Shown here: positions 36,990-47,359 of the stretch, piece after piece
Position numbering within the stretch: position 1 is the stretch's first letter
Layout: every line of letters begins with the position of its first letter
Source: Candidatus Marinacidobacterium sp.
GTDB lineage: Bacteria; Acidobacteriota; Vicinamibacteria; Marinacidobacterales; Marinacidobacteraceae
Length of the DNA stretch: 64,000 nucleotides
Direction: 5' to 3'
Assembly (NCBI GenBank): GCA_965204755.1
Contig: OZ242011.1
Span: forward strand, 1,792,001 to 1,856,000
Program-made: the position numbers and the translations under genes
Notes under the pieces: generated by a model
Told to the model about the DNA's origin: nothing
Databases searched by the model: none
What the model saw: only the letters and a program-made list of their open reading frames with translations

Positions 36990-39716
36990 ATGTCCGAGAG
37001 CCCCCCGGAGGACCTGCCCGAGGCCCTGCCGGCCGCCGGCGGCCGGGCGCGGTACCGCCGCGCCGGTCTCATCCGGGCGGAGATGGAGCAGTCCTATCTG
37101 GACTACGCCATGTCCGTCATCATCGGGCGCGCGCTCCCCGATGTCCGCGACGGGCTGAAACCCGGCCAGCGCCGCGTCCTCTACGCGATGTTCCGGGAGA
37201 AGTTGCTCCCGGCGCGGTCGCACTCCAAGTGCGCCGGCATCGTGGGCGAGGTGCTCAAGAAGTACCACCCGCACGGCGACGCCTCGGTGTACGACACGCT
37301 GGTGCGCCTCGCGCAGCCGTTCAACCTGCGCCACCCCTTGATCGACGGGAAGGGGAACTTCGGGTCGGTGGACGGCGACCCGCCGGCGGCCTACCGCTAT
37401 ACCGAGGCCCGGCTCACCCGCTTCGCGGTCTCGATGATGGAGGACATCGACCGCAACACCGTCGAGTTCGCGCCCAACTTCGACGGCAAGACGGTGGAGC
37501 CGGAAGTCCTCCCCACCGTCATACCGAACCTCCTCATCAACGGTTCCGACGGGATCGCGGTGGGCATGGCCACGCGCATCCCGCCGCACAACCTGGCGGA
37601 AGTCGGCGCGGCGCTCATCGCCGTGCTGGATTCGCCCGACGCTTCCGACGGGGAACTCACCGCCCGGCTGCTGGAACTCGTCCCCGGCCCGGACTTCCCC
37701 ACCGGCGGCCGGATCCACGGCCGCGGCGGCATCGTCTCCGCCTACCGCACCGGCCGGGGCGTGATCCAGGTGCGCGCCGTCGCCGACTTCGAGACTACGA
37801 AGGAAGGGCGAAACCTCATCGTGGTCACCGAGATCCCCTACCAGGTGAACAAGGCGCGCCTCATCGAGAAGATCGCCGACCTGGTCAAGGACAAGCGCCT
37901 CACCGGCATTTCCGACCTGCGCGACGAGTCCGACCGGCGCGGGATGCGGGTGGTCATCGAACTCCGCCGCGGCGAAGAGCCGCAGATCGTCCTGAACAAC
38001 CTCTACCGGCACACCGCGATGCAGACGAGTTACGGGATGAACCTGCTCGCCATCTCGCACAGCCGGCCCAAACTGTTCCCGCTCCTCGACCTCCTCCGGG
38101 AGTTCCTCCAGTTCCGCCGGCTGGTCGTCCGCCGACGCGTCCGCTTCGAACTCGAACGATGCGAGCGGCAGATGCACCTCCTCGAGGGTTTGGCCGCCGC
38201 GGTGGACCGGCTCGACGAAGTGATCGAATGGATCCGCACTTCGAAGAATCCCGCCGAAGCGCGCGAACGGCTGATGACCCGGCTGAAACCCCGCCGCTTC
38301 GAGATCGACAGCGAGTTGCTTCGGCGCAGCAGCAACGGCCGGGACGCCGCAGCGCCGTCGCCCGACGCCGACCCGGAGGGCCTCTCCGAGGAACAGGCGC
38401 AGGCGATCCTGGACATGCGGCTCCAGCGCCTCACCCAACTCGAACGCGACCGCATCGCCGGCGAGATGGAAGAACTCGGCGCCCGGATCGTGGAACTCCG
38501 CGAAATCCTCGCCGACCCCGGCCGCATAGACGAGATCGTCCGGGACGAAACCCGCGAAGCCGTCGAGAAACACGGCGACCCCCGCCGCACCGAGATCGTG
38601 GAGGCCGCGGACGACCTGACGATCGCGGAACTCATCCCGGTCGAAGACATCGTGGTCTCGATGACCCAGGCGGGATACATCAAGCGGACCGCGCTCAGCG
38701 AGTACCGGGCCCAGGCGCGCGGCGGCACCGGCCATTCCGGCGCGGGCATCCGCTCCGGCGACGCGATCCGCAATGTCCTGCTCGGAAACACCCACACCCG
38801 CATCCTCTTCCTGACCGACGACGGCCGGGCCTACCGGCTCAAGGGTTACGAGATCCCGGAGGGGGGGAAGGCGGGGACCGGCCGGGCCATCGTCAACCTG
38901 CTCCACCTCGCCGCCGATCGGCAGGTGGTCGCGGTGGTTTCGTTGCCCGACGACGCGGAGAGCGACGAGGGCCTCCACCTGCTCACCGTTACCCGGAAGG
39001 GGCAGGTGAAGCGGACCCCGTTCTCGCTCTACCGGAATGTCCGGGCGACCGGGCTCCGGGCGGTGCGCATCAACGAAGGCGACGCGCTGCTGGCCGCCAC
39101 CTTGACCGGCGGCGACGGTGAAGTCGTGCTCGTAACGCGCAACGGCAAGGCGATCCGTTTCCGGGAGGCGGTCGTCCGCCCGTCGGGCCGGTTCTCCGCC
39201 GGCGTGCGCGGCATCCGGCTGCTCGGCGACGACGAAGTGGTGAGTCTCTACGCTCCGTCCGCTTCCGAAGGCGACGCCGGCGCGGAATCCGAGGGCGCCG
39301 CGAACGGCGGCGGCGGCCGGTTGCTGCTCACCGTGACCCGAAACGGTTTCGGGAAGATGAGTTCCCTCGAGAAGTATCCGGTGCGCAACCGCGGCGGCCA
39401 GGGCGTCATCAACATCAAGACGACCGACGAGACCGGCGTCACCGTCGCTTCGGTGGGCGTGCGCCGCGGCGAGCAGGTGCTCGCCATCACCGCCGGAGGC
39501 AAGGCGGTCCGCATCCCGGTGGAGGACTTCCGCGACCTCGGCCGGCTGAGTCGGGGAGTCCGTCTCATCAAGGTCCGCGACGGTGACGAAGTGGTTGCGG
39601 TGACCCGCATCCCGGTCACGGACACCGAAGACTCCCCGGACGAAACCGCCGACGCGGCCGCACCGACCACGGAAACCGTCGAAGTCCGAGAGGAGCGCGA
39701 GGAGGAGAACGATTGA
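36990..39716 (+). CDS. gyrA: DNA gyrase subunit A
   Basis: [22 protein letters not shown], GyrA-box QARGGTG, C-terminal beta-pinwheel repeats, acidic tail. Confidence 0.98.
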   Translation: MSESPPEDLPEALPAAGGRARYRRAGLIRAEMEQSYLDYAMSVIIGRALPDVRDGLKPGQRRVLYAMFREKLLPARSHSKCAGIVGEVLKKYHPHGDASVYDTLVRLAQPFNLRHPLIDGKGNFGSVDGDPPAAYRYTEARLTRFAVSMMEDIDRNTVEFAPNFDGKTVEPEVLPTVIPNLLINGSDGIAVGMATRIPPHNLAEVGAALIAVLDSPDASDGELTARLLELVPGPDFPTGGRIHGRGGIVSAYRTGRGVIQVRAVADFETTKEGRNLIVVTEIPYQVNKARLIEKIADLVKDKRLTGISDLRDESDRRGMRVVIELRRGEEPQIVLNNLYRHTAMQTSYGMNLLAISHSRPKLFPLLDLLREFLQFRRLVVRRRVRFELERCERQMHLLEGLAAAVDRLDEVIEWIRTSKNPAEARERLMTRLKPRRFEIDSELLRRSSNGRDAAAPSPDADPEGLSEEQAQAILDMRLQRLTQLERDRIAGEMEELGARIVELREILADPGRIDEIVRDETREAVEKHGDPRRTEIVEAADDLTIAELIPVEDIVVSMTQAGYIKRTALSEYRAQARGGTGHSGAGIRSGDAIRNVLLGNTHTRILFLTDDGRAYRLKGYEIPEGGKAGTGRAIVNLLHLAADRQVVAVVSLPDDAESDEGLHLLTVTRKGQVKRTPFSLYRNVRATGLRAVRINEGDALLAATLTGGDGEVVLVTRNGKAIRFREAVVRPSGRFSAGVRGIRLLGDDEVVSLYAPSASEGDAGAESEGAANGGGGRLLLTVTRNGFGKMSSLEKYPVRNRGGQGVINIKTTDETGVTVASVGVRRGEQVLAITAGGKAVRIPVEDFRDLGRLSRGVRLIKVRDGDEVVAVTRIPVTDTEDSPDETADAAAPTTETVEVREEREEEND

Positions 39717-40444
39717 TGCTGCAGCGACTGCGCCGCAACCGCCGCCCGCTCGCCGGATTCCTGCTCGCGGGATTCCTCGGCGCGGCGGTCTCCTGTTCGT
39801 CTTCCGGCGACGAGGAGCAACTGCTCCGGCGCTTTTTCGACGCGCTCTCCCGCGGCGACACGATCACCGCGTTCGGGTTCTCGGTCGCGGCCTTCCCCGG
39901 CGGCGCCGTCTCCGCCTGGGAAGTCCTCGAAGTCCGCGAAGAGACCGCCGGCCCGTACCGCATCGGCGAACTCCTAGAAGAAGAGCGCGAATCCGTCGCC
40001 CGCCGCGACGAACAGTTCCAGTCCCTCTACGCCTTCCAGCAGGCGAACCGCGGCGACCTCGACCGCATCGCCGCGCGGCGGGAACGCGACCCGGACGCCG
40101 CGATCGGCGGCCGCCTCGGTTCCCTCGCCGAGGAATGGGACGCCTACGGCGAAGAGCGCCGCGGATTGGTGCGCGCCCTGAGCGAAGTCCAGATGGCCAT
40201 CGAGTTGGAGCGCCGCCGCACCCGCCGCAGCCTGCTCCGGGACGCGGCGGTGGACTACCTCACCGGCGAAGTCGCGCAGAAGGAAGTCGTCGTCCGCGTC
40301 ACCGAAGAGGAAGCCGGCGTCCTCGACTACCTGTTCATCCTGCTCCGCTACGACCTCGTGAACCAGTACGAAGCCGAAGTGCCGTCGCGCTGGATCATCG
40401 GCGCGATCGACCCGCTCCCCGAAAGCGCCACGCCCGAGCCCTGA
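39716..40444 (+). CDS. Putative lipoprotein with central coiled coil
   Basis: Basic N-terminus, hydrophobic core, AVS|C lipobox-like site; ATG overlaps the gyrA stop. Confidence 0.7.
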   Translation: MLQRLRRNRRPLAGFLLAGFLGAAVSCSSSGDEEQLLRRFFDALSRGDTITAFGFSVAAFPGGAVSAWEVLEVREETAGPYRIGELLEEERESVARRDEQFQSLYAFQQANRGDLDRIAARRERDPDAAIGGRLGSLAEEWDAYGEERRGLVRALSEVQMAIELERRRTRRSLLRDAAVDYLTGEVAQKEVVVRVTEEEAGVLDYLFILLRYDLVNQYEAEVPSRWIIGAIDPLPESATPEP

Positions 40445-40477
40445 GCGCCCGCGCGAACACCGAACACCAACCGTCCG

Positions 40478-41041
40478 ATGAGACCCGACGACCGCGAACG
40501 CCTGCTCGAAGTCCTGCGCCGCCGTTCGGTGCGCTTCGGCAAGTTCACGCTGACTTCCGGCGGCACGAGCGATGTCTATGTGGATGTGCGCCTGACCACC
40601 CTCTCCTCCGAAGGCGCCGGCCGCATCGGCCGCGTGCTCCTCGACGCGATGGACCGCGCCGGCCTCTCCCCGGGCGCCGTCGGGGGAATGGAGTCCGGCG
40701 CGATCGCCCTCGCCTCCGCCACCGCGATCGCCGCCGCCGAACGGGGACGAACCATCGAAGGCTTCTTCGTCCGCAAGACCCCCCGCGAACACGGACGAAG
40801 GAAACGCATCGAAGGCCTCGAAAACCCCGCCGGAACCGCCGTCGTCCTCGAAGACACCGCCACCACCGGCGCCTCCACCCTCACCGCGGTGGAAGCCGCC
40901 CGGGAAGCCGGCTTCGAAGTCATCGGCGCCGTCGCCCTGGTGGACCGCGAAACCGGCGCCCGCGAAAACCTCGCCGCCGCCGGCGTAACCCTCCACTCCG
41001 TCTTCACCCTAACCGACCTCACTACGGCCGCCCGCCACTGA
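40478..41041 (+). CDS. pyrE: Orotate phosphoribosyltransferase
   Basis: FGKFTLTSG..S..YVD, FFVRK...HG, VVLEDTATTGAS, ALVDR. Confidence 0.95.
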   Translation: MRPDDRERLLEVLRRRSVRFGKFTLTSGGTSDVYVDVRLTTLSSEGAGRIGRVLLDAMDRAGLSPGAVGGMESGAIALASATAIAAAERGRTIEGFFVRKTPREHGRRKRIEGLENPAGTAVVLEDTATTGASTLTAVEAAREAGFEVIGAVALVDRETGARENLAAAGVTLHSVFTLTDLTTAARH

Positions 41042-41215
41042 CCTTCGACCGTCGGAGTAGGAGTGAGCCGCTTCGTTGGCTACCGTTTCAGCGTCATTCG
41101 GTTACGGTACCGGTCGCCGACCGGGAAACCCAACAAGCAACCGTAGCGGCTACGAAGTCTCAGCAGGCGACGGCCTTGCCGCGAGAACGACTTGATCTTC
41201 GTTCGTAGTAACCCG

Positions 41216-41824
41216 CTACTCTGAACTCGGGCCGCGGAGACGCTGCCACAGTGCGCAGTACTGCGCCAAGTTCTCGGGCAGTAGATCCCGGTGACGTGGG
41301 ACTGCCTCGATGACCTCGTTCATCTCGGGAGGCAGGACCACCTCTCCCATCTTCTCGGGAGCATGTATCTCTTCCACGGTTTGGCGCCCACCCTTCACAA
41401 TTCTCCGTGGAACATCATCGCGGCCTCCGATTTCCACGATCATCGCGGGGCGTTGGTTCACGATGTCCGCCGCCTTGGCGTCGTTAGACGTGTCGTAGTG
41501 CCAGTCTCCGGTGATCCGTGCGAGCCAAAACTTCAGATCCTCCGTCTTCGTCCAGACGAGATCGCCGATTCGGACTTTCCCCTTCCAACGATCCACATTC
41601 CCCTTGGGGTCATATCGCTCGTGTTCTTTGCGGCGCTCATCGCGGCGCGTGCGATAGTCGTCCCAAGTCAGGAACTCGCCTTCCGTGGCTTCCACTCGCC
41701 ATCCCATCCCAAGGACGGATCGCTCGCGGCAGAAGTCCTGTGCCCACCGTGCCTTCTGTTCGCGTGTCTTCGGTTCCTGTGCTGTTCCACCTGTGGGACG
41801 AAGGTTCAACCACCAAATGTGCAT
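41216..41824 (-). CDS. Hypothetical protein (lower GC), resembles N-terminal domains of Mrr-like/restriction proteins
   Basis: LGMGW...GDLVW......WLARITGDWHY...NQR pattern; composition differs from neighbours. Confidence 0.55.
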   Translation of the reverse strand: MHIWWLNLRPTGGTAQEPKTREQKARWAQDFCRERSVLGMGWRVEATEGEFLTWDDYRTRRDERRKEHERYDPKGNVDRWKGKVRIGDLVWTKTEDLKFWLARITGDWHYDTSNDAKAADIVNQRPAMIVEIGGRDDVPRRIVKGGRQTVEEIHAPEKMGEVVLPPEMNEVIEAVPRHRDLLPENLAQYCALWQRLRGPSSE

Positions 41825-41939
41825 CGTCGATCTCCTCGTCGGCGACAGACGAACCGGAAGGGGTCTGGGAAACCGCTCTCGCCGGCAAACCGGGGCAGGC
41901 CATTCTAACCCGAGAGCGGACGGGGTCAGTGATGCCCGG

Positions 41940-42683
41940 CTAGACCGACGACCGCGTGGTGTTGGGCCATCCGGCCGCTCGGCCGAACTCGTAGATCAAG
42001 TCGGCGTACCTCTTCCAGCCTCGTCCGTCGTCGCGTTGCGTCCAAAACGGCCCGTAGCGCGGATGATGGGTGTGAAACCAGACGACCTGCCGGTCGTCCA
42101 TTTCGATCTGTACGGCGTCCGTGTCCTCACGGAGGGGCCTGCCACCGCCGTAGATCTTCATGATCGACAGCCTTGCCTGTTTCCCTTGAGTTACAAGGAC
42201 ATCAGGACGAAGAACCCTCAGTTCTCCGGGCAGATACTTCCTGCAGTTGGAGAACAACCGGGGATCGGCCTGTCTGCTGCCGGATTTGTTCTGGCAGCAC
42301 TTCGCGGCATTGGCGTGAGCGAAGTACCTCTTCGCATCCTCAAGACCGAGGTTGGCGTCAAAGCGTCGAAGAATGTACCAAGCGAGTTCGTGAGTCAGGA
42401 ACCAGTGCCGGTTCCCGGGCTGGTCACGAATGTCTCTGTCCATTTCGTCCCGACGCACCGCCTCCGGCAGTCGGTCCTCCGGATCCTCGGCCCCCCATCC
42501 GGAGTCTAGGGAGAGGAACAGGAGCCGAGGCAAGTTGCGGCGTTCATACTCGACACTCACGAACGCGGACTTGGGCCCGGTGAACTTGTCCCGTCCCCCT
42601 TTGCAGTCGTCCTCGTGTGGGCAGGTGAAGACTGTGGACAGGATTCCCTGCTCTCGGTAGTAGCGCTCCAAGTCCTTGAACAT
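41940..42683 (-). CDS. Uracil-DNA glycosylase superfamily protein (lower GC)
   Basis: LLFLSLDSG, ANAAKC, NCRKYL..EL.VLRPDVLVTQGKQA and HHP motif B resemble family-4-like UDG folds. Confidence 0.7.
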   Translation of the reverse strand: MFKDLERYYREQGILSTVFTCPHEDDCKGGRDKFTGPKSAFVSVEYERRNLPRLLFLSLDSGWGAEDPEDRLPEAVRRDEMDRDIRDQPGNRHWFLTHELAWYILRRFDANLGLEDAKRYFAHANAAKCCQNKSGSRQADPRLFSNCRKYLPGELRVLRPDVLVTQGKQARLSIMKIYGGGRPLREDTDAVQIEMDDRQVVWFHTHHPRYGPFWTQRDDGRGWKRYADLIYEFGRAAGWPNTTRSSV

Positions 42684-42880
42684 CGTGTCTCCCAGAGGGC
42701 TGCGGTACTTCCTCTGTGCGGCGTGTAGTGAGTGGTTCGACACCGTCGAGGCTCCGTCTCCTTCGTTCGGCCGCGCCGAGTCCCGAGGCGGGGCGCCGGC
42801 GGAGAGCCCGGCGGTGACGGGTCGATCCGCAATTGTAACTGGCGGGTGCGCGCCACCAGCGGTGCCGGTGCGGGCGGCGG

Positions 42881-44992
42881 CTACGCCGGGCGGAGGCCGG
42901 CGTATTCGAGGACCAACCGCTTCCTCCCCGCGGTGCGGAAGAGCACGGTCACGCACCTCCCGTCGGCGTCCGCGGACTCGACGCGGCCGCGGCCGAAGCG
43001 GGGGTGGTGGACGGCATCGCCGGGCCGGAACGGGCGGTTGTCGGCGGTTCGAGTCGTGGCGGCGCGGACCTTCGCGCGTGCTGCGCCGCTCAGCATCTCC
43101 TTCGGGATTTCGGCGATGAACCGTGAGATCCCCCGCGAGGCGGCGAACCCCGATGGGGCGGCGGTCAGGGTCAGCGACTTCCGGGCCCGGGTCATCCCCA
43201 CATAGAACAGCCGGCGCTCCTCCTGAAGCGACTCGCGGTTTTTGCGCGAGAACTCGTGGGGGAGCAGCCCCTCCCACAGGCCGCAGAGGAACACGGTGTC
43301 GAACTCCAGCCCCTTCGCCGCATGGATGGTCATCAGCATCACCGGCCCGCCGCCGGGCGTCTCTTTCGGCGCGGAGTCCTCGGCCGACACCAGACTCACT
43401 TGGTCCAGGAATTCCGCCACGCCAGCCTCCGGGTTTCCCTTCTGGAAGCCCTTTGCATGTTTGCGAAGCAACTTGAGATTCTTCCGCTCTTCGTCGTTCC
43501 GATAGTAGTCGTCGAGTCCGGTCTCCTTGCGGGCAGCCTTCACCGCCGCCTCCGGGCCGCGGGCGGCGGCCCGCTCGACCGCCTCCGTGGCGGAGAGAAA
43601 CCCGGAGAGCCCCTCCGCGATCCGCCGGGCGAACGCGCCCTCCTCCAACAGCGCGCCGGAAGCCTCCCGCATGGAAACCTCCCGCTCCGCGGCGGCTTCC
43701 GCGATCTGTCCGAGAGTCGTCTTTCCGACTCCCCGGGGAACCGCGCCGATCGCGCGCCGGAACGCGGCGTCGTCACTCGGGCGCACGGCGATCCGCACTG
43801 CGGCAACGGCGTCCAGCACCTCCTTCCGCTCGAAGAGGCGTGTGCCGACGACTACCGGTTTGATGCCTCGCGCCATCAGCGCCTGCTCGAATGCCCGGCC
43901 CTGCGCCTGTGTTCGATAGAGCACGGCGCAGGAGCCTCGCTTGGCGTCCAGGGCCAGGATCGCTTGGGCTACGGCCGCCGCCTCGCGCGCCTCGCTCGAT
44001 TCCACCAGCAACGACACCGGCGCGCCGGGTTCGCCGACCGGACGCAGGGTCTTGCTCTCGCGCCCCGAGTTACGCCGGATGAGCGCGTTCGCCGCGTCGA
44101 GGATCGAGCCGGTGGAGCGGTAGTTGTCCTCCAGGCGGAAGACGCGCGCTCCGGGGAAGTCCCGGCGGAACGCGTGGATGTTCCGGTGGTCCGCGCCCCG
44201 GAACGAGTAGATCGCCTGGTCGTCGTCCCCCACGACGAACACATCCCCGTGCGGCGCCAACCGCCGGATGAGCCGGTGTTGCAACGCGCTCGTGTCCTGG
44301 TATTCGTCCACCAGCAGGTGCCGCACGCGCCGGGCGATGTACTCCCGCGCCGGGCCGTCGGCCGCGAGGAGTCGGCCCGCAAGCAGGATCAGGTCGTCGA
44401 AGTCCACCGCGTTCTGACCGCGGAGTTCGTCCTCGTACTGCGCGGCCACTTCGCGGAGAGAACCCATCCACTGCCGGTAGCCGACGGAGTCCGAAGCCGA
44501 GGACAACGGCTCGCCGAGCGCCTCGGCGGCCCGTGCGCGCGACACCCCCCGCACGACCGCCGCCGGCTTCAGGTCGTCGTCCCGGATCAGTTCCTTGGCG
44601 ACCCGGACGGCCAGCGTCTTCGCCTCGTCGGCCCCGAAGACCGCGAACCCCTTCTCCAACCCCACTTCCCCGCCGAACATCCGCAGCAGGCGGAGGCCGA
44701 GGGCGTGGAAGGTGGAAGTCCACACGCGGTCCCACTCCCCGTCCCCGAACTGCTCGATGCGGTCGCTCATCTCCCGCGCCGCCTTGTTGGTGAAGGTGAC
44801 CGCGAGAGTCCCCTCCGGCGCCGCCCCGTCGGCGAGCACCCGCCAGGCGATGCGCCGCGTCAGCACCCGCGTCTTCCCGGACCCGGCGCCGGCGAAGACC
44901 AGCGTAGGCCCGGCCGGCGCCGACACCGCCGTCCGCTGCTGCTCGTTCAGCCCTTCGAGCACCGCGGCGGCGCCGCCCCCGGCCTCAGTCAT
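42881..44992 (-). CDS. uvrD: UvrD/PcrA superfamily-1 helicase
   Basis: AGAGSGKT, TFTNKAA, DEYQD, VGDDDQAIYSFRGA, NYRST, TIHAAKGLEF, EERRLFYVGMTRA, C-terminal Tudor-like H.RFG.G. Confidence 0.93.
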   Translation of the reverse strand: MTEAGGGAAAVLEGLNEQQRTAVSAPAGPTLVFAGAGSGKTRVLTRRIAWRVLADGAAPEGTLAVTFTNKAAREMSDRIEQFGDGEWDRVWTSTFHALGLRLLRMFGGEVGLEKGFAVFGADEAKTLAVRVAKELIRDDDLKPAAVVRGVSRARAAEALGEPLSSASDSVGYRQWMGSLREVAAQYEDELRGQNAVDFDDLILLAGRLLAADGPAREYIARRVRHLLVDEYQDTSALQHRLIRRLAPHGDVFVVGDDDQAIYSFRGADHRNIHAFRRDFPGARVFRLEDNYRSTGSILDAANALIRRNSGRESKTLRPVGEPGAPVSLLVESSEAREAAAVAQAILALDAKRGSCAVLYRTQAQGRAFEQALMARGIKPVVVGTRLFERKEVLDAVAAVRIAVRPSDDAAFRRAIGAVPRGVGKTTLGQIAEAAAEREVSMREASGALLEEGAFARRIAEGLSGFLSATEAVERAAARGPEAAVKAARKETGLDDYYRNDEERKNLKLLRKHAKGFQKGNPEAGVAEFLDQVSLVSAEDSAPKETPGGGPVMLMTIHAAKGLEFDTVFLCGLWEGLLPHEFSRKNRESLQEERRLFYVGMTRARKSLTLTAAPSGFAASRGISRFIAEIPKEMLSGAARAKVRAATTRTADNRPFRPGDAVHHPRFGRGRVESADADGRCVTVLFRTAGRKRLVLEYAGLRPA

Positions 44993-46055
44993 CGGTAACC
45001 GCCTTCGTCAGCCCCTCCGGGGCATCCACCGGCCGCCCCAACGCGGCACCGGCGTAGAGCGCGAGCCACTGCACCACCGGAGCGGCGAAGAACGGCGCGA
45101 ATTCGACCGCCGCCCCGCAGTCGAACTGGGTGAACCGGTCCCGCCGGAACGCGGCCGGCGGCGGGCCGGGCGCGATCCGCAGCACCGGCGCTCCCGCCTC
45201 GGCCGCCGCCGCCAGCGACCGCGCCTCGGACGCGCCCGGTTCCGCCCGTTCGGACAGGGCGACGACCGGCGTCCGCCCGCTCAGCAGCGCGCGAGGCCCG
45301 TGCGCGAGTTCCCCGGAGGGAATCGAGAGCGCCGGAACCGCCGCCGTCTCCAGCATCTTGAGCGCCCCTTCGGCGGCGAGCGGCCGGAGCGCGCCCTCCC
45401 CGGCGAAGACCCAGGGGCCCTCGGCGGCGCCCTCGGCGAACGCGGCGGCCTCTTCGGTCCGGCGGAGTCCTGCCTCGATCGCGCCCACCGCTCGCGCCTC
45501 GTCCACCGGCACCGCCTCGCCCGACTCGCCCGCGGCCTCCGCGCCCAGCATCCGGAGCGCCGCGAGCGCCGAAGTGAAGGTCTTGGTCGCCGGAATCGCC
45601 CGCTCCGGCCCCGCCCGCGTGACCAGCGCCAGGTCCGCGAGTTCCGCCGCCGGACTCCCGGCTTCGTTCGTCACCGCGACGCGGCTCACCCCGGCATCCC
45701 CCGCCCGCTCGAACAGCCGCAGGAGGCTCCCGGTGGCCCCGGACTGCGTCACCCCGACGAGCACGCGCCCCCCGCGCCCCCCGCCCCCGGCGCCGTCCGC
45801 CAACTCCGTCGCCGGCTGCGCCTCCGCCTCGATCCCCCATCGCCGGAACCAGACCGCGGCCACCTCCGCCGCGTGCCGGCTGCTCCCGGCACCGGCGAAC
45901 ACCCACCGATCGCCGGCGCCCCGCCCGTCCGCGAGACCTCGCCGCCGCCGCTCCGCCGAGAGCGCGGCCACCGTCCGCGAGACCGCCTCCGGCTGTTCCC
46001 GGATCTCCCGGTAGAGCGCGGAGGCCTCGACCGCCGCCGAGCCGAAGACGCTCAG
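44985..46055 (-). CDS. Double-SIS GlmS isomerase-domain protein without glutaminase domain (possible GlcN-6-P deaminase)
   Basis: REIREQP, GAGSS, TQSGAT, VTN..GS, AGPE.AIPATKTF, EGALKM.E, ELAHGP, C-terminal GLTKAVT; start probably CTG. Confidence 0.8.
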   Translation of the reverse strand: MSVFGSAAVEASALYREIREQPEAVSRTVAALSAERRRRGLADGRGAGDRWVFAGAGSSRHAAEVAAVWFRRWGIEAEAQPATELADGAGGGGRGGRVLVGVTQSGATGSLLRLFERAGDAGVSRVAVTNEAGSPAAELADLALVTRAGPERAIPATKTFTSALAALRMLGAEAAGESGEAVPVDEARAVGAIEAGLRRTEEAAAFAEGAAEGPWVFAGEGALRPLAAEGALKMLETAAVPALSIPSGELAHGPRALLSGRTPVVALSERAEPGASEARSLAAAAEAGAPVLRIAPGPPPAAFRRDRFTQFDCGAAVEFAPFFAAPVVQWLALYAGAALGRPVDAPEGLTKAVTDD

Positions 46056-47209
46056 ACTTCGTCCGCGCGTTCGTAGCGCCCGGCGGCGCGGTCCGGCTTC
46101 ACCGCCTGGCGCCCCCGCGCGATGGCCAGCGCGTTCTCCGGCACATCCTCGACGATGACCGACCCGGCGGCCACGAACGACCGCCGCCCGACGGTCACCG
46201 GCGCGACCAGGCACGCGTTGCTCCCCACGAACGCGCCCGGCTCCACCACCGTCCGGTGTTTCGCCTTCCCGTCGTAGTTGCAGGTGATCGTGCCCGCGCC
46301 CAAGTTCGCCCGCGCCCCGATCTCCGCGTCGCCGAGGTAGGAGAGGTGCGGCAGCGCGGCGTTCCGCCCGAGCACCACATTCTTCGTCTCCACGAAACTC
46401 CCGGCGAAGGCGCCCGGCTCCAGCCGGGTGTTCGGGCGGACATGGGCGAACGGCCCCACCCGCGCCCCCCGGCCGACGATGCTGTTGACCACCACCGAGT
46501 GGCTCAGCACCGCCGCGCCGGGCAGCACCTCGCTGTTCTCGATCCGGCAGAAACTCCCGACTTCCGCCCCTTCGCCGATCCGGGTGGCGCCGATCAGCCG
46601 CACCGACGGCGCGATGCGGGCGCCGGGCGCGACTTCGCAGGAGGGGTCAGCCCAGAGCGTCTCCGGCTCCTCGATCAGCGCCCCGTCCGACTGGAACCGC
46701 TCCGCGGTCCGCCACTGCGCGTCCCGCACCGCCGCCGACCAACTCCCGGCGCACTCGATCCGGATGGAGGCGCCGGGCTCGTCCTCGGCGAAGGGCTCCG
46801 GGCTCAGCATCTCCAGGCAGCCCCCGAAGGTGTCCTGCAGCCCGGCGCCCAGCGCTTCCGCCGAACCGGCGATGGCGATCACCTGGCCGAACTCGTTTTC
46901 GTACTGCATCGGCGCTTCGCCCGCGGCCTCGATCAGGTCGTCGAGGATCTCCACCGGCGGCTCCACCAGCCCGGCGGGCAGGATCACGCCCCGCGCCTGC
47001 TCGCCGAGCCGACCGATCTCGGCCACCGCCTGCTCGGCGCTCACGCGCTCCCCGTCGTCCGCGCCCCCCTCCGGGCCGCCGCTGACGACGAAGAGGCGAG
47101 CCGGTTCGAGCGACCGGGCGGCGCGCAGCCCGGCTTCGTTCACCGAGACGCCGAAGTACGGGTATTCGCCGACCTCGGCCCCTTCGGGATACACGAGAAG
47201 AAAGTCCAT
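46052..47209 (-). CDS. glmU: GlmU-like protein: intact acetyltransferase (LbH) domain, degenerate uridyltransferase domain
   Basis: GPFAHVRP, FVETKN, HLSYLGDAEIG, GAGTITCNYDG..KHRT; N-terminus lacks LAAGxGTRM. Confidence 0.75.
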   Translation of the reverse strand: MDFLLVYPEGAEVGEYPYFGVSVNEAGLRAARSLEPARLFVVSGGPEGGADDGERVSAEQAVAEIGRLGEQARGVILPAGLVEPPVEILDDLIEAAGEAPMQYENEFGQVIAIAGSAEALGAGLQDTFGGCLEMLSPEPFAEDEPGASIRIECAGSWSAAVRDAQWRTAERFQSDGALIEEPETLWADPSCEVAPGARIAPSVRLIGATRIGEGAEVGSFCRIENSEVLPGAAVLSHSVVVNSIVGRGARVGPFAHVRPNTRLEPGAFAGSFVETKNVVLGRNAALPHLSYLGDAEIGARANLGAGTITCNYDGKAKHRTVVEPGAFVGSNACLVAPVTVGRRSFVAAGSVIVEDVPENALAIARGRQAVKPDRAAGRYERADEV

Positions 47210-47359
47210 CTGTCGGGTCTCGCCTTCGGCCGCCGCGGGCGGCCGGGGGGCTCCGGGTGGTACGGGGAAGCCCGGGAGGAGGAGCCGCCGATCTCGGTCC
47301 GGAGCCGTGGACGGGTCAGCGCCCGTCGGGATGCGCCCCATCCCCGGGGGGCGCGAATT

